From NCBI GenBank assembly GCA_025558095.1, contig JAIVFI010000020.1:434001-498000 (forward strand): a DNA stretch of 64,000 nt. Reading direction: 5' to 3'. Position 1 is the first letter of the stretch; every line of letters begins with the position of its first letter. Below, piece after piece: positions 21,952 through 33,581 of this stretch. Source of the stretch: Hyaloraphidium curvatum SAG 235-1 (taxonomy: Eukaryota; Fungi; Monoblepharomycota). A program made the translations under genes and the position numbers. The notes under the pieces are model-generated. The model ran no database searches, had not been told where the DNA came from, and worked only from the letters and a program-made list of their open reading frames with translations.

Positions 21952-23971
21952 TGTTGGAGTGGCTATGGGGCGTGGGGAAGACGTAGCCCCAGTGGTCTGA
22001 ACCGGGTCAGAACTCAGATGGACGGGATGGGGAGAGGGACAGTTTCACGTTGACCCGTTGTCCATTCCCTTGCGATGACAAGTCCCTAGATGACCCCTCC
22101 GGTCGTACCCAAGTATCCCCACACGCCAATAGACTCCCTATTGATACAGAATCGTAGCAACGATCCATTCCAACACTCCCCCTCGTTGCAAGATTCCCAA
22201 GAAGTGTCCAGAAATCCCCAAAGTTAGTCACGAATCTCTACAATTCCCATAAGTGCCCTGAAACGTTGAAACTTCTCCCTTGGTAGCTGTTTGGTGAGGA
22301 GATCCGCAAGCTGGTCCTCTGTGTTGATGTACTCCAGCTGTATCTCTCCACTATCAATTTTCTCCCTCACAAAATGGTACTGCACTCCAATGTGCTTGGT
22401 ACGTTCGTGAAAGACAGGATTCTGCGCCAGCTTGATAGCCCCCTCATTGTCCTCCTTGATGACTGTTGGCCCTTGCTGAGGAAATCCCAATTCCTCCAAT
22501 AAACTCCTTAGCCACGCAACTTGACGTCCAGCATAAGATAGAGCCATGTACTCGGCCTCTGTTGTTGAAAGAGCCACCACTGGTTGCAGTTGCGACTTGT
22601 AGATGATAAGACCGTTCCCCATCATCACTACAACCCCAGTTGTTGACTTCCCAGTGTCAAGATCCCCAGCAAAACTGGCGTCTGCATATCCATGCAATGC
22701 TTTGGTCATGTCCAGATTCGGATCCCTCTTGTAAACCAAGCCAAAGTCAGCTGTTCCCTTCAAGTATCTGGTTGTCTTCTTGACTTGCTCTCCGCGACCC
22801 CTGCCACGGTTTAGAGCGTACATCAACTTGTTTGGAGCGGGATTCACGGTTATGTTGGCTGCCCCAGGTGAGTACGTATCACCATTTTGCTCAGCTCGCT
22901 TGATCATAGTCTCCTCTTCCATCTCCATCCTCTTCTGAAGGTATGCAACGTTCAAGATAGGGTGTTTCTTCACTCCATTTTCAGTCTTCCACTCGTGTTT
23001 GGTCTGTGCTCCCAGCCAAATGCCGTCAATCTCGGCCCGGACTTGATCGAACTCAGGTAGGTCCTTCAGGACTTTCCTCCAGATGCTCATATCATCGTCA
23101 TCTCCCTTCAGCTTTCCCAGTGCTTCAACTTCCATCTTTTTCTGCATGAAGCGGGTAAAATTCGGAGCCACCCGGTCGGTTTTGATGAACTCAAAGCTGT
23201 AGTACTGGACCTCGGCGTTCCCTTGCTGCGCCACATTTTCCGTCACGAAACGCTTCTCTAGGTAGTCCCAGATGTCCTTAGCAGTGTCCATCCTGCTGCA
23301 GATCCTTTTGAGACCAATAGAGAGTGATCCTACCAGGATCCCTTGAGCTTTCTGGTCCTTCGTGTTCCAGGCTGACAAATCATCTTCCGTCTTTCCTCCC
23401 TGCCCTACCACGGGCTTTGCCACCTTTCCAGTCACAATTTGCCAGTCACTCTCCCTCTGGAGCTTGGCCTTGATGTCAATTAACCAATCCTGGTAATTGG
23501 TTTGTGATCCGGTTTCCTCGAGCTTGGCCCCCCCAAACAATGCCACACGGGTTCCTCCGACCGAAATCTCCATCCCGGCCGCCGCAGCACCTCTAGTGCT
23601 TCACGCGCTCTTTCTAGCGCCCACTGAGTCCACCCAGGCGGTCCTGGAGACCAGACTCAGCTGGATGCGGTCCCCTCGGCTGGTTGCACCACACGCAACT
23701 TCAAAGCCGCGCAAAAGTGTTCTGGACACCCTTTGGGCTCATAGACCTGTTGGAGTGGCTATGGGGCGTGGGGAAGACGTAGCCCCAGTGGTCTGAACCG
23801 GGTCAGAACTCAGATGGACGGGATGGGGAGAGGGACAGTTTCACGTTGACCCGTTGTCCATTCCCTTGCGATGACAAGTCCCTAGATGACCCCTCCGGTC
23901 GTACCCAAGTATCCCCACACGCCAATAGACTCCCTATTGATACAGAATCGTAGCAACGATCCATTCCAACA
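21952..23971 (-). mobile_element. Non-autonomous Ty1/copia LTR element 2 (2020 bp, TSD TCCCC)
   Basis: Apparently identical 224-bp LTRs at 21952-22175 and 23748-23971; TSD TCCCC at 21947-21951 and 23972-23976; PBS at 23735-23747; PPT at 22176-22184. Confidence 0.95.
22224..23573 (-). CDS. Gag fused in frame to the RT C-terminus and Ty1/copia RNase H
   Basis: NYQDW...KDQKAQGIL...TAKDIWDYL (Gag), then RYLKGT, GYADASFAGDLDTGKSTTG, ALSTTEAEY, EDNEGAI, HERTKHIGVQYHFVRE, DQLADLLTK. Confidence 0.93.
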   Translation of the reverse strand: MEISVGGTRVALFGGAKLEETGSQTNYQDWLIDIKAKLQRESDWQIVTGKVAKPVVGQGGKTEDDLSAWNTKDQKAQGILVGSLSIGLKRICSRMDTAKDIWDYLEKRFVTENVAQQGNAEVQYYSFEFIKTDRVAPNFTRFMQKKMEVEALGKLKGDDDDMSIWRKVLKDLPEFDQVRAEIDGIWLGAQTKHEWKTENGVKKHPILNVAYLQKRMEMEEETMIKRAEQNGDTYSPGAANITVNPAPNKLMYALNRGRGRGEQVKKTTRYLKGTADFGLVYKRDPNLDMTKALHGYADASFAGDLDTGKSTTGVVVMMGNGLIIYKSQLQPVVALSTTEAEYMALSYAGRQVAWLRSLLEELGFPQQGPTVIKEDNEGAIKLAQNPVFHERTKHIGVQYHFVREKIDSGEIQLEYINTEDQLADLLTKQLPREKFQRFRALMGIVEIRD

Positions 23972-26283
23972 TCCCCAGTCAAATCCCCAGAGGATGATCC
24001 ACCCGCAGCTGCCGCTGCTAAAAAAGCAGTATCTGAAGCTATGCAGGTCTCGTCAACCGAGCTGACCTTGCCAGAGCTGCGTCGGGTTTATGACCGTGCT
24101 TACAAGCAAGTGGCACGGTCTTCTCGGAGTCTATTCTCTGGATCCGACCCCAACGGGGAACTAGTGGATGAACTGTGTCCCGGAAGCCTCCCAAATCAAT
24201 GCAAGTGCCCATTGCATGCCACCGTGCTGCATGGATACCTACATGGACTCGCATGCAGCCACCACTTCTATACCAAGCCAGGCGACAAGCACTGTCGACC
24301 CCCTTGTGAACCCCAAATGGAATGCTCCTACAGCTGCACAGGAGCGAAGGACGGCTGCCATGGAAGCAGAAGTCAGGGATCTGTATGCACAGCACCTGCA
24401 GCACTACGTCCAGGAAGGCCGGCCAACCATGTTTGACAACCTGCGACAATGAAGTAATCCAGAACGCAATCCGTCGCTTCCGGGAAAAGACAGCCGACAG
24501 CAAAGTGAGGCAGGCTGTTTGCGGGAGCTGCAGATGCTGGGTGTTCGAGTGTGACTGTGTTGTTGAATGGACTTTGACTGCTTTGAGGAAGAAGGGATTG
24601 CTGGAGGTCAACCCCGAAACCCTTCTTCTGCAAGTTCCGGGATCACCCAGAACGGTTGGAATCCAGCGGCATCATCCATGGGATTGTGATTGAGCCCTTG
24701 GGACTTGTTGCCAAGAACGGACGCCAGTACATACGCACGTGCAAAGACTGCACTGCCTCACTTGAAGCCGGGTTGACCCCCATAGTTTCCCTCTCAAATG
24801 GCCTCCTTCGGGGCCCCGTGCCAGAGGAACTCCAAGACCTTACGTACATTGAGCAAGTGATGATTAGTCCGGTCCGGATCCGCACTACCATCGTGCAGCT
24901 CCTTGAACCGGACAAAAAGAGGCCCAGTGGCCATCATGCAATGACAGGGAACTTTGCTGTGCTGCCTGGAGATCCGATTGGCGTCGCAACTGTGCTCCCC
25001 CATGCATTAGCCGATCTTGCAGACCAAATATCCATAGTGCTGTTGGGAGGATCTGGGATTTCCAAGACACCGGGATTCGTGAAGTTCTTCCGTGTTCGGA
25101 AAACCAAAGTCTTGATGGCCCTCAAGTACCTCATTGCACACAACCCATTATGCCGAGACATCGTTCTGCGTGACGATCTGTGCGATCTGGATGCTTGTGC
25201 AGACGGCGTTTCAACCCAGATCCCTATCAACGTGATTCAAGACCCCCAGGTACTGGATGACGTGGCAAAAAGAGCATGTCGAGCGTCACTGGGGAGGAAA
25301 ATCTGCACGGGTTTGCTGCAGAACATGGTAAAGATGGCCAAGACCTCCTGGAGACCGTTGGAGCGAGTTCTGCCGGCCAACTTGCATCCTGGACCTACCA
25401 GTCATGATTTTGGAGTGGAGGCACTCACCAAAATTCTAGAACGGGCAATCAGTGGGGAGAATGTGAACAGCCCTCCAGATGGTGTGCCCTCTACTCCTTG
25501 GGCCGCTCGGGTACCCAAGTCCTTGTGCGGCATGGAGAGCGCCCGCTGAATGACCTGGATGACCGTGCCAGCATCATTGCCATGGGTTTCCCCTGGCTAT
25601 TCCCTCGTGGGAAGCAAGGGGCACCTGGCACAAACAGGAGTGGATTGACCCACAACGGACTAGCTCACCCGTCTTTCCAGAAGCATGTTGCTGCCCTTGC
25701 ACTGCAGGCTGCTAATGGCAAACAGTGTGACAAATGCTTCCTCTTGTTTTGCAACGCGCTCATGAGGAAGGATCGTGTCATGCAGCGCACTAAAGTGCAT
25801 GTCAGCAACTTGACTGAAGAAGATTGTCGCCGGTCTGACCCCGACGGAACTGAGGGAACTGGCTGCAGCTGACCAGGCTGCCATTCATGCACGGAATTCT
25901 GCCCGCCAGCAACCAGAGTTGGATGCTCGCGGAGAAGGACACGCACCTTCCCAGGTGGCAGCTGGAATGACTTCCAGTGGGACCATTCATGATGTGTTGG
26001 ACCCAGAAAGGAGAGCCCTCGCATTCCGGCTCATGCAGAACGCACGGACTGTCCAAGGTCAGATTCCAGCACCAACCAGTACCGTAGAGGGTTGCGGTGG
26101 ATCATTCTGGCTTGGATCCATGAGATCGGCATGCCTGCTTACTTTGGCACCAACAATCCATCGGAACTTAGGAACCCACTGCTCGACATTCTTTCTGGGT
26201 ACCCAGTAATTTCTCTCGACGACCCGGATACATTCATGACTGCAGAAGCGAGGTCCGAGTCTGCTGCAAGACACCTGCATTCA

Positions 26284-27462
26284 CTGGGCTCTGGGCTCTT
26301 AGCATCAAGGAGTTCGAGCCCACGATCAAAGCGAGGCGGCAGAAGGAGAAGGCCCTCAACTCCATTGCCAGCTTCATCTCAAAGTCCATGAAGGACAGAA
26401 AACGGGGAAAATGAAAAGATGCTCAGGGTCATGCTTGCACGTTCTCTGCTGCACCTCAAGTCCTTGGTGCCTGCCTGTCTCCACCTCCAGGTCGTGGGTA
26501 GAGCACAGCAACTTTTGGACATCCCTCCGGTGCTTCTCCACCCGGATCAGGGATGGTCCGATGTGGCCAAAGGTCATGTCACACATCCTCCAAAAGTGCA
26601 GTTTGTCGTTGTCCTTGAGCCTCTGGGCATTGATCTCCCTGAACTTGCCCTTCACAAGATTCTCCACAGTCTCCTTGGGCCATGAGAAAGTGTCCTTCTC
26701 CAACATCTCCCTCCCATTTTCGCCGCCATAGTATACAAGTAGTTCCCTCAGGAAGGCAGCCCAGTTCCAGGACCCCTTCAGTGCCTCAATCTTGAGCTCT
26801 TTGTAAAGTAGGTACAGCGCAGGATCCGCTGTTTTGATGCGCATGAGTAACTTGAGTGCCGACTCGTGGTCATGAACTGCAAGGGGGTACTGGCCAGTGA
26901 TCGCATACAGACAGGCCAGGGAGGTAGACTTGGGCAGATGAGTGACGGCACGAAGAGCCATGCATGTCACTTTGTCCCTGGTGCTTTCCCCGGCAAGGTA
27001 CTCCTCCTTCGGCATCTCAACAATGAACGGGTTCCCATATTGGCCCACTGCCTTGACCTTTGTGTTGTAGAGCTTGAGCTGGAGGTCAGGACTCATCCCA
27101 GGCTGCTCCCTGAAGTCGCGGAGCCAGAGCCCATAAGCAGCGTTCATCTTGGCCTCTCTGCCATGCACATGGTCCTTGCTCCGGCCGGTTGAGGTCAGCT
27201 GATACCCCAGAAGCTTGAAGCTGTCAACCCTCTTCAGCTCCTGGTCCCTGTACATGAGCTTTACACGGTGAGGTATCCTCCTGGCCATCCACTCTGTCTT
27301 GCTGACGTTGATCTCCAGCCCATTGGCACTGGCATATGCAGACAGAAGATCCAGCTGCATCTTGGCATCCTTCACCGTCTTCGAGATCAAAGTGGTGTCG
27401 TCTGCAAAGAACAGAGCTAGCAAGCTGACCATCCTCTCCTGATCCTCTTCCTCCTCAGACAC
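26284..27462. mobile_element. LINE copy B: plus-strand 3' piece (~26284-26416) joined tail-to-tail to a minus-strand RT piece (26417-27462)
   Basis: 26417-27462 is nearly identical to ~19914-20958; 26288-26416 is the reverse complement of ~16623-16751. Confidence 0.9.
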
Positions 27463-29097
27463 CAGGGGAGCGTGGCAAGGACGGGGCATGACCCTTCCAG
27501 AATCGCCTGAACGCGAAGGAACGGACTAGAAATGAAGTTTGTCACGTCTCGCGGCTACAGGAGCTGCTGAACCACGGTCTGAAGGTTGCCAAACACCCTT
27601 GCTATCCCGAGGCGGCGACCCTTGATGATGTTCCTGCATTCGGTGGCATTGACATCAAGTTCTCTGGGGATTTCTTCCAGCTCGCTCCAGTCCAGGACAG
27701 TGGGCTCTACTGCCGCACCAATTTTTCGGATGACTTGCTTGCTGTGCGCACGGTTTGGGAACACTATGTTACCGAGGCCGTTGAGCTCGTCATCAATCAC
27801 CACACCATTGGCCGGCTTGCGGAAATTCTTCTTGCCATCCGCAGCGGCCAAGCAACCATGCGCGATATTCTGGACCTGCAGGCGTGGTGCATTGGGCTGG
27901 CAACATACCTGAAGGGGCATCCCCGCGCCGGCCATGCCATCAAACTGACTGACCCCGAGTGGATGAATGCCGCGGTGATTACCCTGAGCAACCTGGCCAA
28001 GGAGGCGTTCAACATGGATGCTGCTGTTGCCTACGCTTTGCGTACTGGCAAAACCCTCCACCTGATCAAGGCGGTTGACAGCCCCACCAAGCCAAGGAAA
28101 TCCAAAACAAACCCCAATCCACAGCCATCCGCGGACAAGAAGCAGCTGCTTGCCTTGCCAGACAGCAGCTTCAAGTACAGGTCCGGTTACCTTCCGTGGG
28201 TTGAGGGCATGCCGGCCTTCTTCCGGTCGAACCTTGCCGTCAGTGCTGGAATGTCCAATGGGACACTGGGAAAAGCGGGCCCCATCCACTATGCAGTGCG
28301 TGCCTTTGGATGCCAGCCCCTGGGCATACGACACTCGGTATCCCGATTTGGATGTACGGGTGGTGCCGCCTCCAGATGTGGCCATGGTGTCCATCCCCAA
28401 CCCTCCCAGGCCTTTCAAGTTGTCGAGCAACATTGGGTGGAATGAGGTGCCTGTTTATCCGACGACGCAAAGCAAACGGGTTGCGCTGCCCTGTTCCGTG
28501 AAGGAAGCCAAAGGAAAAAGCACCGGGCCGTCTCGAGGCGGCAGTTGCACGTGAGCCCGGGTTGGGCCATGATCGCGCACTTTGCCCAAGGACACACACT
28601 GGATAAAGTGTGCCTAGATGTTAGACCACTGGACTAAAGAGAAGGTACCACGTCTCTGGCCCAAGTGGTCTGACGTCTAAGAGCATGTCACCATAGGGAA
28701 CCAACACTAGACTTTTCCTTGGACGGTAGCTGTGGGACATGGTCCATCCTGCACCTGTACATCATGCTGTCCCGTGCACGGAGTTTGGATGACGTTGTCT
28801 TGACGGGGATGCTCAATGGCAAGGTTGTGGGCAAGCTGTTGGGCAGATTCGATTCAGCAAGGACATACTGGCCGAGACGGCACGGCTGAGGAAACTGGGG
28901 AGGCAGACCCAGGTGGCACAGTCGGTGTTTTTGGCAAGGATGGAGCCGAGGGCATGTGATAGGTAGATATTTGTGCGTCGGGGTAAACTGTGCTGCCATC
29001 CATAGAATCGATCCACTTCTCCATTGATCCGATGCCTTGCGCCCATGGAGTTGTCAAAAGGAACCGGCGGGGGAAGCTTGCTTCCCTTGAGCTCTAC

Positions 29098-29440
29098 GTC
29101 GTGCTGTCACTCATCAGCCCAAGTCTACCTCCCTGGCTTGCCTGTATGCGATCACTGGCCAGTACCCTCTTGCAGTTCATGACCATGAGTCGGCTCTCAA
29201 GTTCCTCATGCGCATCAAAACAGCTGACCCTGCAAGTGGACCATGGAGACCTGGCTCTGGGCTCTTAGCATCAAAAGTTTGAGCCCACGATCAAACCTGA
29301 GGCACAGAAGGACAATCATCTGATCAGCCCGGAACTCCATTATTGCCCGCTGCATCTAAAAGTCATGATGACAGAAAGCCGGGAAAACCAAAAAGGTACG
29401 ATGCACGATGACCATGAAACTTGCCATTAGCAGCAGACTG
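29098..29440 (+). mobile_element. LINE copy C, diverged and internally deleted
   Basis: Matches the AVTHLPKSTSLACLYAITGQYPL..RIKTADP region of copy A and jumps directly to the METWLWALSIK 3' region. Confidence 0.85.
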
Positions 29441-29619
29441 AGGTGAAGCAGCAATCAAGTGAGGGCAGGTTTGCGTGCCTGGGTAACCAATTCTTCTTTC
29501 ATTCCATCTTCATGATCAGATTTGTTTCCGGGAACCAGGAACAACGTTAGGGTATCTTTGGCCAATTCACCAACACAATCAAATTGAATACACATTCAAC
29601 GCAAGAGATATATCACACT

Positions 29620-31471
29620 TCAGGTATGCCTCCCAGAGACAAAGGCCAAGATCCACTTCACATCAATCAAGAGATACTTGAGTGCCCGTGTCCACGTCTC
29701 ATCTTGGTTGAACTGCAGCCTAATGGATGCATCTCCAATCTTGTCCTTGGCAATTCTAGAAACAGAAGGCATTGGTAACTCACAATGCGAGAAACCTCCC
29801 ACTCACCTGTAAGGCAGCTTGAAGTTGCTGTCGTCTGCTTCCAAGCTCTCTGCCAATTGCTGGATGCAGTTTAGGAACGCAACCAACGCAATGTCAAAGC
29901 GGCGATTCAGAAACAGCTTGTTCAAGCTGATGGAATCCGAATTGTAGCTGCGGAGATTAGGTCAGTTAGAGGCCACAGCCATGGATGGAGGAGAGCAGGG
30001 AACCTACAACTCATACACCGCCTTGTCACCATCAATTCGCTCAATACGTGAAAAGCTGCCATTGGGGACTAGCTTGAAGCTGCAATGTTTGGGTTAGGAG
30101 GGGCAACAGGGGCAGGAACGGTGCGCAAACCTTTTGAACTTGAAGCCAAGCTTCTTGGCCACGGTGTACAGAAGCAGCAGTGTCTGCCCCAGTGCTGCAT
30201 TTATCTCGCTCCAGTCAACCTGTGAGCCTCTGAATAAGAAGATGGCGGACCATCAGTTGAAACAGTTGACCTACAGGTTGACCAGGCAAGCGACCCAGCC
30301 GGAAGCCTGGAAGAGTGGTCAGCACAGAAAACCGCAAATCAACGGAAGATAGACCACCGTTGATGGTCCCAAACTGCCCATCTACAACCCAATCATCAAC
30401 AGATCCCAGACAGGAGCAAATCAACACGTACCATGCCAGATCCGGAATGCATCATTGTATACGTTCGTCTTCTGAAGCTTGTCGAGCAGCCTGCTGGCAT
30501 GCTCGATCTTGATGCTCAGGCTATCGCGTTCCATAGCGAAGCTTCGCTCCTGCTCCTGAAGAAGATTGCGCTCGGCACAGAGTCTGGTGCAGCGATAAGC
30601 ACCAATCCACCGTGAGGCAGCAAGAGTAACACACTCTGCTTCTGCCCTTGCTATCTCCTCAGCCTCTCGCCGGAGATCTTCGGCCTCCTTCCTCAACGAC
30701 TCGCACTTCACGGAGAGATCAGCCAGGCTTGCCCTTGCGGCCGTTTCTTTCCGTTTCAACTGAAGAGCCGAGCGTTACTCAGAGCTCCAATGATGCTTAA
30801 ATGAGTCCCCACGGCCGCCGTCTCCTCCTCTGTCCGTGCCACAACTCCGTCCCCTTGCGGCGGGGCACCCGACTCCAGCTCCTTGAGGAAGGCAGCGAAC
30901 GTCTCTTGCTCCATTGTCACGTCCGCGAGGCGCCTATCGAGGCGCTCCAAGAGCAAATCGGCACAATCTTGGCACAACGGGTGATCAAAGTCCGATCTGC
31001 TGTTCATGAGGTCGAACAGCTTCGTGGCCACACGCAGACGATGGCTCAGGTTGGAACTCTGCTCGCCCCGCGGTGCCTTCCCCGAGGAGGGGAATGTGGA
31101 AGACCTCGACAGCACAATGAAAGATTCCATGTGGGCCGGTGGCGGCCCGTCTTCCGTGTCCGAGGACGACAGTCCATCCTCGCGTCGCGGGGCCTGCTTT
31201 CCGGTCGGCACGCGAGCTTCCTCCGAGGAAGAACCTATGCTGGGTGATGCGCCATCGGAGACGCGTGACGCTGTTCCGGTAAGGGGGGCTGGTGGATAGG
31301 AAACCCTCAGATCGGGGAACCGTTGGTCGGGCACGTCGACGGAAACAGACCGACGAGAGTCTCAAAGTACGTTCCGTCCAGCAACGATGGCTCCAGCTGC
31401 TTAATGGGCTGGTTGCAGGACTGGCAGAGGAAGGAGACGAAGGCGCTGCCCGTGCTTCCGGACCCCGCCAT
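29620..31471 (-). CDS. ATG6: Beclin-1/Atg6/Vps30
   Basis: [68 protein letters not shown]. Confidence 0.95.
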
Positions 31472-31549
31472 TGCGACGACGCGAAAGTGGTTAGTGACTG
31501 GCGTCCCTTGACTTCCGTCTCAGCAGTCCGCCGAGCGACTACGGCTTTC

Positions 31550-32458
31550 ATGGCCCTCGTGAACCTCACGAATGTGGCCGTCCTGGACAATCCCGCTCCG
31601 TTCGGGGATCCGTTGAAGTTGGAGATTACCTTCGAGTGCCTGGCTCCGGGCCTGAAGGATGGTGGGCAGGCGCGGGAGGGTGCCACGGTCCCGGCTCACG
31701 GCCGGCACGCAGACATCGAGTTCAAGGTGATCTACGTCGGTTCCGCGGAGAGCGAAGAGTACGATCAGGAGCTGGATTCCATACTCGTCGGCCCGGTGCC
31801 TATCGGTCTGAACAAGTTCGTTTTCGAGGTGCCCGCCGTCAAACCGTCTCCGTGTGGCCCCGCTGACGGATCTTCATAAGGCCGAGCCACCGGACGCCAC
31901 GAAATTGCCGGAGAACGACGTCATTGGAGTGACGGTGATCCTTTTGAAGTGCTCCTACCTTGGCAAGGAGTTTGTCCGGGTCGGGTACTACGTGAACAAC
32001 GACTACGTCGACGAGGCGTTGAAGGAAACGCCGCGAGAAAAGGTCCAGTTCGACAAGCTGTATCGGAACATCTTGTCCGAGAAACCGCGAGTAACCCGGT
32101 GGGTGACATTGGAGCTGACCGGCCGTTGGTCCGTGCGATCATTGCGATTCCTCGCAGATTCTCCATTCAATGGGACGACAGCGTGCCTGCGGATGATGCG
32201 CCGCCGGAGGAGGCCGGTCCGGAAGGCGAGGTTAGCGACGGCAGCACGAAGCACGAAGAGGGAGCCGGTGCCATGGACGTTGACCGTGTGAAGGGCGATG
32301 ACATGTCTGGCGCGGACGGGGAAGGGAGCGAATCGGACGGAGAAGATGAAGACAGTGAGGATTCTGAGGAGGACGATGAAACGGACGCTGCAGCTGAGGT
32401 GGACCTGGAGGCGGAAGGCGAGGTCGCGAGCGAGAAAGCGACCGAGGCCCCGGCGTGA
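31550..32458 (+). CDS. ASF1: Histone H3-H4 chaperone Asf1
   Basis: [55 protein letters not shown]; acidic tail. Confidence 0.97.
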
Positions 32459-32536
32459 ACGTGGACTCCGCGGTCTCCATCATTGCTTTCGGATACCCAA
32501 CTACCTGTCATTATGCTTCTACATTGCACATCGAAT

Positions 32537-33464
32537 TCAGCCTTTGGCAACGAAACCCCCGAAGCCCATGATCCGCGCCATTTCGTCGTCACCGTGTTCC
32601 TCGACAGCACCGCCGGGCGCTCCAGAAGTCCCGTTCTCCTCGGATTCGTCCTCGCTCCCACGCGAGCCGGGCGACCTAGCTCTTCCGCTCTTTTTCCGCT
32701 TCTTCTTTTCACGCTGCCTTTGCTTTTCGAGCTCGTCCTTCTCCTGCAGCTCAGCTATTCGAGCATCAAAGTCTGCACGGCGTGGGATCTGTGAGCAGAG
32801 CGTGACGCCCAGGCCACTCGCAGAGCCCACCATACTCCTTCTTGCCTTGCTCCTGCTTCCGTTTCAGGAGCTCAAGCTTGGCCCGGACCTGATCGGCGGT
32901 GCTCCGCTCGACCTGCATGGACAGACCCATGTTCCGTTGGTCTGCCGAGAGAGCGGTTCATCGACGGTGGCAGAGCTTTGTCGGCCGACCCACGTTTCCG
33001 CCCGTTGATGTGGTCCAGGTAGTTCACGCTGTCACGGACCACCATATCGCAGACTTTGCAGTAGAAGCCCGGCTGCTTCGACGTGTCCCCGGCGGCCTGC
33101 ACCACCTGGGTCTTTCCCAGGTTGCTCTCCAGATCGATCTTTTCCGTTCGCCCTGCGAGCATGACCGGCTCCTCCTTGTCATCGCGGTCCTTTCGCTTGT
33201 GCTTCTTGCCTGTCACCGTCGCGCGATCGGTTTCGGCCACATCCCGCGTCCCGGGTCGAACGGTACCAGATTTCCGCCGTTCCTCCTTCTCCCTGTCATC
33301 ATCGTCGGCAGCCTCGTCCCGCTCCCTGGCCCTTTTTTGGACATCGGCCTTGTTCCAGGTTCGTCGAACGGTGTCCGACTGCGGAGTGGCCTCCCGTTCA
33401 GCCCGGGCCACGTACTGGCACGCAGCAGTAGTACCGCCGTCCCGTAGATTCCTCTGGAGCTCAT
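32537..33464 (-). CDS. SNU23: U4/U6.U5 matrin-type zinc-finger protein Snu23/ZMAT2
   Basis: RRTWNK, IDLESNLGKTQVV, GFYCKVCDMVVRDSVNYLDHINGRK, MARIMGFGGF. Confidence 0.92.
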
Positions 33465-33581
33465 TCGAACGCTTCACCCGTCGGCCGCCGTCGATATCGT
33501 CGTTGATCGTCCTGTCTCGTCTCAGGGGCCGGGGGGCCGCCCCGGCAGCGCGCGCGACGCCACGGGGAAATCACGCGCAAA

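Larger units (their letters stand above)
21402..29097 (+). mobile_element. Disrupted Helitron (Rep/Pif1 helicase pseudogene) carrying nested LTR and LINE insertions; termini uncertain
   Basis: DUF6570-like block CKDC...SLSNGL..GPVPEELQDLTYIEQ..FRVRKTKVLMALKYLIAHNP; GFPWLFPRG; Rep motif I-like GMPAYFGTNNPSE; Pif1 motifs FGGIDIKFSGDFFQLAPV, SNGTLG, RRQL..AMIAHFAQGHTLDKV, LYIMLSRARSL; several frameshifts. Confidence 0.8.

Noticed and set aside
16752-23971. Four 224-bp repeats as a CRISPR array or satellite
   Set aside because: They have TG...CA ends, TSDs, PBS and PPT, so they are LTRs.
24041-24436. Cys/His-rich 131-aa ORF as a novel metalloprotein
   Set aside because: It lies in the frameshifted, TpG/CpA-enriched Helitron remnant, where Cys and His codons arise from composition.
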